This document shows, in pieces, positions 1-10,266 of a stretch of DNA of 43,235 bases. A model generated the notes under the pieces. That model searched no databases. It was given only the letters and a program-made list of their open reading frames with translations, and had not been told where the DNA came from. Origin of the DNA: Chiloscyllium plagiosum (lineage: Eukaryota); the NCBI RefSeq assembly GCF_004010195.1, contig NC_057718.1, positions 80,415,484-80,458,718 of the forward strand, read 5' to 3'. The position numbers and the translations under genes are program-made. The first letter of the stretch is position 1, and every line of letters begins with the position of its first letter.

Positions 1-268
1 TGGAGGGTCCCAAGGCAGAAGATGAGGTGTTCTCCTTCCAGGCGTCGGGTGGTAAGGGAGTGGCGATGGAGGAGGCCCTGCACCTGCATGTCCTCGGCAA
101 AGTGGGGGGGGGGGGGTTTAAGTGTTCAGCCATGGGACAGTGGGGTTGATTGGTGCGGGTGTTCCAGAGATGTTCTCTGAAGCACTCTGCAAGTAGGCGT
201 CTTGTCTCCCCAATGTAGAGGAGACCACATCAGGAGCAATGGATACAACAAATGACGTGTGGAAGTGA
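1..268 (-). mobile_element. Penelope-like element fragment (GIY-YIG endonuclease region), runs off the window start; interrupts the ERV integrase
   Basis: Minus strand reads ICCIHCS*CGLLYIGETRRLLAECFREHLWNTRTNQPHCPMAEH, a GIY-YIG motif; homologous to 42950-43235. Confidence 0.85.
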
Positions 269-271
269 GAG

Positions 272-815
272 ATGAGTGGGCTAGAGCCACTGCTAGGATT
301 AGACCCATCTGAGCCAGAAGTAGATGGAATAATGAAATATAAGTGGTTTAGAGTATAACTAATATGGGAAGGAAGAAATAACAAAATAAGATTCACTTGA
401 CTCCAAGACAAAGCCAATGGAGCTTCAGGTGATGCAACAGGTAATGATACCTGTTCATCAAAAAACATCTTTCTTGGCCTCTGGATTTGCAGGACCATAC
501 GAAGTGATAAACAAAGCAAGTCCATCAGTATACAAGATGCTAATAGCCCCTATCAAGCATGGCTGGTATCATATTAACCAGTTAAAACCATTTGAAGGGG
601 GCCATAATAATTATCACTATTCACACATAATGTTGGGAGAATGTGATACCCCAGAGTCTGGGCACTTAGACTGGGACTGGTTTTGGAACCCAGACAAGGG
701 GATTGTGGGATCAGAGCAACCTGAACAAATTGGACATCTGGAAAGTATAACATTATCTCCCATCTCCTTAGGGGTCAGATGGACTCCTCAGGCTCACCAA
801 TGGAAATTAAAATAA
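272..815 (+). pseudogene. pol: pol integrase C-terminal region with GPY/F module plus a C-terminal extension
   Basis: ORF 417-815 reads LQVMQQVMI...GFAGPYEVINKASPSVYKM...WYHINQLKPF, the GPY/F module of Gypsy/retroviral integrases; upstream codons carry stops and frameshifts. Confidence 0.8.
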
Positions 816-1151
816 AGGAAAAAGGAAAAGGGGAACAAAATGGATGAAACACCCACCCTCCAACTGAAATGGATGACAGGAAGGGATGGTAGGCTGAAAC
901 CTTGATGTACATGAATTGAATGAGGGGGTGAAGACATTCACACTATAAATATAATAAAAGGAATAAAATCTGATTGACTACAGATAAAAGCTGAAACTAC
1001 ATTTGTTATGTAAGAAGAAGGGCCAGCATGAGAACATGAAAATCAATATCTTTGTTTTCCTTGGAATGAGGGTTCCTTCCATGGTGAATGCTTTGACTAA
1101 TATTTTTTATGAACAAGAGAAAATAACATTGGTTGATTGTGAACATATTAA

Positions 1152-2156
1152 ATAGAGTCATGGAGTCACACAGTACAGAACCAGACCTTTTGGTCCAACC
1201 TGTCCATGCTGAACTTAATCCCAAACTAAACTACTCCTACCTGCCTGCTCCTGGCCTACATCTCTTCTAACCTTTCCTATTCACGTATCTATCCAAATGT
1301 CTTTTAAACATTGCAATTGTGCCCACATCCACTACTTTCTCAGGAAGTTCATTCCACACGCGAACAATCCTCTGTGTAAACAATTTTCCTCATATGTCTT
1401 TTTTTAAATCTCTCTCTTCTCACCTTAAAAATGTGCCCTCTAGTCTTGATTTTCCCCATCCCAGGGAAAAGACAACTACCATTAACTCATAGATAGATCT
1501 CTCATTATTTTATAAACTTCGATCAGATCGCTTCTCAACCTCCTACAGTCCAGTGAAAAAAGTCCCAGACTATCCAGCCTTTCTTTATAATTCAAACCTT
1601 CTATATCCAGCAACATCTTGGTAAATCTCTTCTGAACCTGCTCCAGGTTGATAATGTCTCTTCTATAACTGGGCGACCAGAACTGGACACAGTATTCCAG
1701 AAGCAGCCTCACCAATATCCTGTACAACCTCAGCATGACTTACAACTCTTAAACTGAAAATGTGTTGCTGGAAAAGTGCAGCAGGTCAGGCAGCATCCAA
1801 GGAGCAGGACAATCGATGTTTCGGGCATGGGCCCTTCTTCGGGCTCATGCCCGAAACATCAATTCTCCTGCTCCTTGGATGCTGCCTGACCTGCTGCGCT
1901 TTTCCAGCAACACATTTTCAGCTCTGATCTCCAGCATCTGCAGTCCTCACTTTCTCTTACAACTCTTATACTCAAATAACTGAGCAATGAAGGCAAGTGT
2001 GCCAAACACATTTTTACCTACACTGTCTATATGTGACGCAAACTTCAAAGAATTATGTATCTGCACCCCAAGGTCCCTCTGTTCTACAACACAACTCAAG
2101 GCCCTAACATTAATTGTGAAAGCCCTATCCTTGTTTGTTATACCAAAATGCAATAC
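1152..2156 (-). mobile_element. CR1 LINE 3' fragment inserted in env
   Basis: ORFs 1947-2153 (MHFGITNK...VVEQRDLGVQIHNSLK) and 1482-1736 (LYRILVRLLLEYCVQFWSP...RLRSDLIEVYKIM) match CR1 ORF2 C-terminus; microsatellite-type tail at ~1152-1168. Confidence 0.92.
1752..1955. mobile_element. Short palindromic Penelope pLTR-derived element inserted in the CR1, with 13-bp TSD
   Basis: TSD CTTACAACTCTTA at 1739-1751 and 1956-1968; ~80-bp inverted arms around a TTCTTC loop; same sequence family as 9655-9772 and 42587-42710. Confidence 0.88.
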
Positions 2157-2545
2157 ATGTTTGAATAAATGTCACAGTAATGGTCATGTGTGGGAAGAAA
2201 TGTAGGCTTTTGTATCACCATGACCTGTCCCTGGATAGTTCCAAACCTACTGTCCAATCTTTGCTCCGGTGACCAAGAAAGCAGAATTATCCATTACATG
2301 GTCTGCGCCAAAATTAATCCTGACTTGACTTACATTGTTCAAGGAAAAATTTCCTAAAGCTCCAAATTTGCATGCAACTATGAGTCCAATAGACACAATA
2401 ATGGTGGGATGTAAGCCTGGGGTTATCCCAAGGTTCAGATACGTTGAGGAAAGTTTAGCTGTGTGTCCAGCAATAGGATCATCTTTCATGCTTTACAGGG
2501 ATGATCCACCCATTAGTACAACTCAACGTACTACCACAATGACCC

Positions 2546-3240
2546 ATAAGACAGTAAGACATAGGAGCAGAACTTAGGCCGTTTTACCCATTGAATCTGT
2601 TCCACCATTCAATCATGGCTGATATGTTTATCAACCCCATTTTCCCCACTTTCTCCCATAACCTTTGATCCCCTTGGCAATTAAGGATTCATCTATCTCT
2701 GTTTTAAATACACTCAATGACCAGGCTTCCATAGCCTTGTGTGGCAATGAATTCCATAGATTCACCACTCTCTGGCTAAAGTTTCTCCTTATTTCCATTC
2801 TAAAGGGTCTTCATCTTCCCTTTACTCTAAGGCTGTGACCTTGGGTTCTCGCCTCTCCGGCCAATGGAAACATCTTCCCAAGGTTCACTCTGTCGAGGTT
2901 GTTCAGTATTCTGTAAGTTCCGATCAGATCCATCCTCATTCTTCTAAACTCCATCAAGTATAGTCCCAGAGTCTTCAAACGCTCCTCATATGCTAAGTCT
3001 TCCATTCCTGGATCATTCTTGTGAATGTCCTCTGGACCCGATCCAGGTCCAATACATCCTTCCTGAGGTATGAGGCCCAAAATTGCTCACAGTACTCTAA
3101 ATGTGGACTGACCAGAGCTTTATAAAACCTCAGAAGTACATCTCTGTTTTTATGTTCTAGTCCTCTTGAGATGAATGACAACATTGTATTATCAACTACC
3201 AACTCAAACTGCAAGTTTACCTCAAGAGAAACCTGGACCC
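2546..3240 (-). mobile_element. CR1 LINE 3' fragment inserted in env
   Basis: ORFs 2993-3214 and 2811-3080 (FYKALVSPHLEYCEQFW; YEERLKTLGLYLMEFRRMR); GACCC at both junctions (2541-2545, 3236-3240). Confidence 0.92.
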
Positions 3241-5154
3241 CTGGAACGAGCTCAGAACCACGGTGTAGCGAATCACTGAGAGATACAGGGGAAGTAGGAT
3301 TAGTTCTGGAAGAGATAGTTTCTCTAGTACCAGGACATAGACACTAACTGGCAGTGTTTAACCTGATGGAGATGCAGGTGCCATCCTGATGTGATAGCAC
3401 AATCCGGTAGCTCTTCAACCACCTCCTCCAGAGTCAACTTTGTCATGGTGAATCTAGATCAGAAAGAAAAAGGAGGACGAACGGGTTGATAGAGTTAGCG
3501 GAAGCAGGCTATGCATCAGTGATAGCGACTGTTAACACCACTGATATAGTAGAATTGGAGGGTTAGCTAAGTTCCCTCAGGCAAAGATGAGGATAATAGT
3601 AGGTCAGGAATATTGGGGCTAAAAACAGATGGGTAGGAGAGGACAGCAAGCAGCACAGGTATCCCTAAGCACCATCAAAATGTTAAGACCCCTTATTAAT
3701 AATGAGATAATAAACAGAATAGCCTTTGAAGCAACTTGCAGTGATAAAGCAGCATTTTGTTCAACACAGACCAGCTCATTCTGTCTATGGTTCACACAAA
3801 TATGTTGCGATTAGATGCGCAAAGCATACCAGATTGAGTGTCAGATGAGGAACTGAGGACATGGGTAGGGAGAAGATGCCCCTCAGAAGTCTCATTCTTA
3901 CCAATCAGGGCTTCGTACCTGTGATGGTAATAAAGGTCAGCCAAACATTGTTCATATATCAAAACATGGGGACAATCTGACACATTCCCTAATGCGAGTT
4001 CATAATATGGGTAAATACCATGTTTTGGTATTTACATAACTTGGATATTATTAAGTAACCCACCAATCCATGCTATAGTTCGAGAGAGATATAAAAAGTG
4101 AGTGGATTTATCCTGATGCCATCAAGGGGGAAACCACAGGGCATGTCCGAAAGAAATTATCAAAGAGGAGCTAACTCCGTGTGGGTTTACCTCTTATGAG
4201 AACCATTCATTGCCTATTCTATCAGTTAATAATAAACCTTTCTTAAGTATGCCTTAGTAGGAGACACCTATGTCGCCACAGCAGTCTCAGAATACCAAAA
4301 AGGAAGGACATGGTATATTTTAGATGGACAGAATGTGGCAATCAGCAATATCTCTTCTGACTTGACCACTAACCATAAAGTTTTATTTAAGCCAGAACCC
4401 AATGATAAAGCATGCATAACTCTATCCATCCAGCCAAATGATACAAGTGATGATTTACGCCAATTCGTAGCTACAGAACATCCACCTATTTCATAGTTCA
4501 CTGCAGACAGGGTGAAGATCATTTTTGAGGCAAAGTGAGTTATCCATAAATAGGAAACACATGATAAAGATTAAAAGTCATGCAGAAGATGCAGAGAGAG
4601 ACTTGCAGGCTTCCCAGTTTCTGGAGTAAAATTTGGAATTGGGGACTGAACGCTCAGGTCCACCCGTGGATCAAGATTGTGACTCATGATTGTTCTATTA
4701 CAATTTGATATACTTACTGTTGTAATACTTAACTTTGTGTTTTAACAAACAAAGTAAGAAATGGAAGGGACTGTAAGATACCAAAAGATAGCTCGTATGG
4801 GAAAGAATCTGTAAAGACTTATTATAGGGTAGGAATAACGTAAATATAGCTAGTTTGTAGTATTTCTTACTATTCATTCGTCATTTGTATTGATATTATA
4901 TGTATCTTACAAGATGCGAAATGTGCATAAAAATGTATTTACGATGGAACGAGACTGATTTGCAATCTTTTGAATGTTTATGACAATTGTTTAGAAAAGT
5001 ATAATGATCTAAATGGCATTTCAGATAACACAACTGAAGTAATGCTTCATTGAGCATACAGTACTGTAAGGAGGTAATGCTCACCGTTGTCTGGAGGTGC
5101 CCTGGAGGATGTGGCAAAACCAATAAAGATGATCCTCAGACAAATATTTGGATC

Positions 5155-5166
5155 AAAAGGGGGAGA
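5155..5166 (+). promoter_or_regulatory. Polypurine tract of the ERV
   Basis: AAAAGGGGGAGA directly before the LTR start TGTTGGA. Confidence 0.8.
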
Positions 5167-8100
5167 TGTTGGATAAGGCTGAAGATAACAGGAAGATAAC
5201 ATGATTTGGAGAAGCTGGTGTTGGACTGGGGTGTACAAAGTTATAAATCACACAACACCAGGTTATAGTCCAACAGGTTTAATTGGAAGCACACTACCTT
5301 TCATGCAGTTTTTGAACAAAGTGCAATGTAACTCTGCAAGTACAAATTCACCCCACAAATATATATGTATATATGTGTATGTGTATGTGTATGTATATGT
5401 GTATGTGTATGTGCGAGAGAGCGAGAGGTTGTGACCGTGAGAGTGTATATGTGTGTATGTGAGTGTAGAGTGTCTTAAACCTGTGAGGGGATGCATGTGT
5501 GAGTGTGGGAGTGGGTGTGTTGAGTCCGTGTGTATAGGAGTGCCTATGTGTGTGTGTGCGCGCATGTGTGTTTAGGAGTGTCCATGTGTGTGTATAGTGC
5601 AATGGTGGTCACCTGTAGTGTGACATGAACCCAAGGTCCCGGTTGAGGCCTTCCATATGGGTACAGAACTTAGCTATCAGCCTCTGCTCGGCCATTTTTC
5701 ACTGCTGCCTGTCCTGAAGTCCCCTTACCCGAAGGTCCAAGTTCAAATATCCTGGACCGCTGAAGTGTTCCCCAAGTGAGAGGAAACACTCCTGTCTGTT
5801 GATTGTTGTGCCCATTCATCCGTTGCCGTAGCCTTTGCTCGGTTTCCCCAATGTACCATGCCCAGGGCATCCCTGCCTGCAACGAATAAGATAGGCAACG
5901 TTGGCTGAGTCACATGAGCACCTGCCATGTATATGGTGGGAGGTGTCCCCACGTGTAATGGTGGTATTCATGTCCACACTCTCACACGTCTTGCAGCGCC
6001 TACCGTGACAGGGTTGTATGGAGTTGTCCTGAGAGCCGGGCAGCTTGCTATGAACAATGATCTGTTTGAAGTTTGGCAGTTGTTTAAAGGCAAACAGTGG
6101 AGGTGTAGGGAAGGTCTTGGCGACCTGCTCATCCTCATTGATAATGTGTTGCAGGTCACGAAGAACATGGCGTAGCTTTTCAGCTCCTGGGAAGTACTGA
6201 ACAACGAAGGGTACCCTGTCGGTTGCAGCACGTTTATGGTCGAGTGTGGTGCTAAACAAAACTAAATAAAACTGATAAAACTACACATTGATATTAACAG
6301 GTTTCATCCCATCATCAAACTCACCATGAGCTACTCTCGACTATCTGTCTCATTCTTGGACACATGCATCTCCATCAAGGATGAACACCACAGCACCACA
6401 CTCTACCACAAACTCTCAGACAACCTCACAAATGCTACACTTCTCCAGCTTCCACCCAAAACATATTAAAACAAGCCCTACGTGTACACCGGATCTGTTC
6501 AGATGAGGAAGAACATGACGGACACCTGGAAGTACTCAGGGATGCCCTCAGAAGAACGGGGTACCATGCTCAACTCATCAACCGCCAGTTGCGACATGCC
6601 ACAGCAAGGAACCGTAATGACCTCCTCAGAAAACAGACACATGCTGCAACCGACAGGGTACCCTTTGTTGTTCAGTACCGCCAAACCTCAAACAGATCAT
6701 TGTTTGTAGCAAGCTGCCTGGCTTTCAGGACAACTCCATACAACCGTGTCACGGTAGGCGCTGCAAGACGTGTCAGAGTGTGGACATGGATACCACCATT
6801 ACACGTGGGGACATCTCCCACCATGTACGTGGCAGGTATTCATGTGACTCAGCCAACGTTGTCTATCTTATACGTTGCAGGCAAGGATGCCCTGGGGCAT
6901 GGTACATTGGGGAAACTGAACAAAGGCTACGGCAACAGATGAATGGGCACCGCATAACAATCAATAGACAGGAGTGTTCCCTCCCAGCTGGAGAACACTT
7001 CAGTGGTCCAGGACATTCGACCTCGGACCTTCGGCTGACCATCCCCCAAGGCGGACTTCAGGACAGGCAGCAACGAAAAGTAGCCAAGCAGAGGCTGATA
7101 GCTAAGTTCCATACCCATAGGGAGGGCCTCAACTGGGACCTTGGGTTCATGTCACACTATAGGTGACCACCATTGCACTATACACACCCACACACACCCT
7201 TATAGACACACACACTCCCACACGCACCCCCTCACAGATTTAAGACACTCTACACTCACATACACACATATACACTTTCTCTCACACTCATAACCCCCAA
7301 GCCAGACAGACAGACACACACAAACACACACACACAAAGACCCACATGCACACATGTACATATATGTTTGTGGGGTGAATTTGTACTTGCAGAGTTACAT
7401 TGCACTTTGCTCAAAAACTGCATGAATTTATGTAAGACTCCGTTATCTCACTTTTTAGATTAGAATCAGTCTAAACATTATGGCACAGACGGAGAATACA
7501 GGGGGCTAACACCTTCAACATATTGTCTAGCTAACACCAATTGTTACAGTTAACCTGAGAATACAACCTTTAAAAAAGGTTTTGTAATTTACACATGAAA
7601 GAAATGAAACTATCATGGTATTCAAACAGATGAAAGACTCCACAAAAAAATCAAGATATTTTTCAATGTATAATTTCAGTTACATCCCACTGTAAACTTT
7701 TGCGATAAGTTCTGTGTCTTACAATTATGCCCTCCACAACCATCTGATGAGGGAGTGGCTCTTCGAATTAAACCTGTTGGACTATAACCTGGTGTTGTGT
7801 GATTTTTAAGGAAGATAACAGGAACTGATAAGAGGCCTAACAATGGGCTGCTATGTGAAGGGAAGTATGCGGAGTCAGACAGATCTGTTAATAGTTAAAA
7901 CTACATGAAACCAGGAACTGCTGGCTCTACCAGATAAAGCATACATTGGGACAAAACATTTAGGATTGTACATATGCATGGATAAGTCCCAATAAGACAC
8001 ACATTTGCACAAAACGTTTGGGACTGGTCATGGGCACACATAATTCCAAATAAGGCACATCGTTGATACAGAGACTTGTGTATAAAAACCCTGAAGAAAT

Positions 8101-8419
8101 CCCTTTGTTCAACAACATTTAGAAGACTAACATTGTAAAAAGGTACCCTATGTCAGGAGGCGTGATGAAGATGTCGAGCACAGCTTTCAGCCTGGCCAGC
8201 TACAAACTCTCCCAGGTAATAACGTTTGGGTTTAGTTACAGAAATCAGGGTAGTGAAAGACGACGATTGAGATATCTTTCGTAGCTAAATGTGTGTTCAA
8301 GTACTTAGGAAATGAATTGTGGCTTTATAGAGCTCTAAGTGTCTCTGCTGTCTCTTCTTCTATGAATGTACTGTGGTCTCTCGGAAACGGGCAACACACT
8401 CTGGTTCTCACTTCCAACA
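5167..8419 (+). repeat. ERV 3' LTR (~635 bp once reconstructed from 5167-5201 plus 7821-8419), split by a Penelope insertion
   Basis: Perfect 7-bp terminal inverted repeat TGTTGGA/TCCAACA; TATAAAA at 8081-8087; the halves rejoin at the AGGAAGATAACA duplication. Confidence 0.8.
5202..7808. mobile_element. Penelope-like element with inverted structure: minus arm 5202-6253, plus arm 6254-7808; 12-bp TSD
   Basis: TSD AGGAAGATAACA at 5190-5201 and 7809-7820. Plus arm has RT C-terminus (DINRFHPIIKLTMSYS...SFLDTCISIK) and GIY-YIG (NVVYLIRCRQGCPGAWYIGETEQRLRQ, ORF 6780-7166); minus arm mirrors it (ORF 5816-6259). CA/TG-rich 3' UTR on both arms. Confidence 0.92.
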
Positions 8420-8972
8420 ACGTAGATTCTAATTGAGAAACTGAATCTTGTCCAAGGGCAATTATACTATCTTTGACCAAGACTGCTACACCCCCACCTC
8501 CATTTTTACCCACCCCTGTTTCTACTAAAGCTTTATAACTCAGGATGTTAAGTACCCAGTCCTGTCTAGCTTGAGCCAGCATCTCTGTCAACGCTACTAA
8601 GTCATAATCTCCTAGAATAATTTCTGGTTCCTGTCGCCCATGTTGTTTGCTGAACTCTGCGCATTTTTATACACACATTTTAAATCCACTCATCTCTTTT
8701 TTGCCCATTTGGAAGCAACCATTTCTTTGTACACTGTCACCACTCAAGCCTTCCCTTACTTCTTATTCCCCATCTTCTCTTTTGCCCTCTCTGGTACTTG
8801 CATGACTAGGACCATTATTTAAACCACCCCACTGCCTTACAAGTTTAAATCCATCCCCAGTACACTGTTTACTCTCAGCCAGGAGATTAGTTTCATATCT
8901 GCTCAGGTGGAGCCCATCTCTTCTGAATAGCTCTCTCCTTTCCCAAAAGTGATCCCAATGTCCCAAAAATCT
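8420..8972 (-). mobile_element. Old CR1 LINE, ORF1 esterase C-terminus to ORF2 endonuclease N-terminus; probable ERV integration target
   Basis: ORF 8763-8966 GHWDHFWERRELFRRDGLHL (SGNH esterase-type ORF1); ORF 8325-8591 TEMLAQARQDWVLNILSY...GGGVAVLVKDSI (APE endonuclease), whose homology ends at the LTR end. Confidence 0.85.
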
Positions 8973-9337
8973 TGTATGGAAAGATTTTCATGTCGAGATT
9001 TCTTGACATTTAGCTTGTTTGGTAAGATAGTATGCTGGATATTAATGAGACAAGTTGATCAAGGAGCCAACAATAATCCCCTTTATTGGACACTCACCCC
9101 TGCCTAGTGAGAAACTTGAATCACCATGCAGCAAAAGCATAAAAAATGGTTCAAGATCCTCCCATTGTTAAGATGGGCCTCAGCAGACTTCTTTTCTGAT
9201 TTTGTCAAATACCTCACCATAGTCCACATCACTCAAACCCACTTAAGATTCCACTAGTGGTAAAAGTATTCCAAAATTCAACAATTTTCAGTGTAAATAT
9301 ACTTCACAATCTTCTTTTCTCACCAATTTTAAATGGT

Positions 9338-9772
9338 GTCACGGAATGCTGATAGAGGAGGGGAGGGAAATATATCCTTGGTGGTGGGGTCCGTTTGGAG
9401 GTGGCGGAAATGGCGGCGGATGATGCGCTGTACATGGAGGTTAGTGGGGTGGTAGGTGAGGACCAGTGGGGTTCTGTCCTGGTGGCGGTTGGAGGGGCGG
9501 GGTTCAAGGGTGGAACCTTTGAGTGGACTGTCAGAAAGCATTTGACAGTTGTGTTAACTACTGCCCCAATATTAGCCACACCTAGATACGCAAAGCTAAA
9601 TACCTCCCTACCCTTTATCTTAGCCTGCTTGGCACACCTTCCTCATTCCTGAAGAAGGGCTTATGTCCGAAACGTCAATTCTCCTGCTCCTTGGATGCTG
9701 CCTGACCTGCTGCGCTTTTCCAGCAACACATTTCCATCTCTGATCTCCAGCATCTGCAGACCTCACTTTCTC
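9338..9772. mobile_element. Penelope-like composite: minus ORF fragment (9338-9510), unrelated ~90-bp insert, plus-strand pLTR (9601-9772)
   Basis: ORF 9329-9541 DRTPLVLTYHPTNLHVQRIIRRHFRHLQTDPTTKDIFPSPPLSAFR is the Penelope linker; 9601-9772 matches the reverse complement of 42587-42760. Confidence 0.85.
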
Positions 9773-10159
9773 CTTATAAGAATGCAGAATGGGCTTCCAC
9801 AAGGAGTTGTGAAAGTACAATAAATAGAAGTGTTTTGGGTGGGGGCGGTGGTCAGATATGACGGAGAAAGAAAAAGAAAGAACAATATACTTAGGTGAAA
9901 TAAAGTAGGCTGCAAAGAGGTTTCTATGCAATATAATCAATTTGGACTAAATAGTCTTTTTCTGTGGTATATACGTGATTTAATTCAGTAAACTCTTACG
10001 GTCAAGGATTCATCAATATTTTCAGTGTTATTAATAGCTTTTTGCAATGAGTAAGTTGGTAATATCAATTGAATCGTAGAAAATAATGAAGGCAAGTTTT
10101 TCTTGTCATTGCATTATCAGTGATTTTGTGGTGGTACAATATTTTACATCAGCATGACA

Positions 10160-10266
10160 AGGCCTCAGGTTAATGTCTCAACCAAAGGACAGCACAACTT
10201 TCCCTCAGTACTGCACTGACATGTTAACTTGGTTCATGTGGTCAAGCTTTGAAGTGTGGCTTGAAC
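10160..10266 (-). mobile_element. DeuSINE (SacSINE1/AmnSINE1-like) fragment
   Basis: Reverse complement has GTTCAAG (B-box-like)...CAGTGCAGTACTGAGGGA...GAGACATTAACCTGAGGCC, resembling the recalled DeuSINE consensus. Confidence 0.65.

Larger units (their letters stand above)
1036..4745 (+). pseudogene. env: env pseudogene, class I fusion glycoprotein with F-like architecture, in three pieces (1036-1152, ~2155-2545, 3241-4745)
   Basis: Signal-like MKINIFVFLGMRVPSMVNA at 1036; furin site RKRR at 3465-3476 followed by TNGLIELAEAGYASVIATVNTTDIVELEG; Cys cluster VDLS*C...CP...PCG at 4102-4185; Trp-rich FWSKIWNWG at 4619-4645; then a hydrophobic TM-like segment. Many stops and frameshifts. Confidence 0.8.
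270..8419 (+). mobile_element. 3' half of a decayed env-bearing endogenous retrovirus/LTR retroelement (lokiretrovirus-like), interrupted by CR1 and Penelope insertions
   Basis: Correct order of parts: integrase C-terminus (270-600), env pieces (1036-4745), polypurine tract (5155-5166), and an LTR bounded by TGTTGGA (5167) and TCCAACA (8413-8419). Confidence 0.85.

Noticed and set aside
1762..1983. ORF resembling database 'hypothetical proteins' (also 9620-9940, 17891-18139)
   Set aside because: Spurious frames across pLTR-derived repeats.
4772..4790. TGTAAG as the 3' LTR start
   Set aside because: Position 5167 has the better PPT and a perfect 7-bp inverted partner at 8413-8419.
5263..5602. 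His/Thr/Tyr-rich ORFs
   Set aside because: Translations of the CA/TG-rich Penelope 3' UTR.
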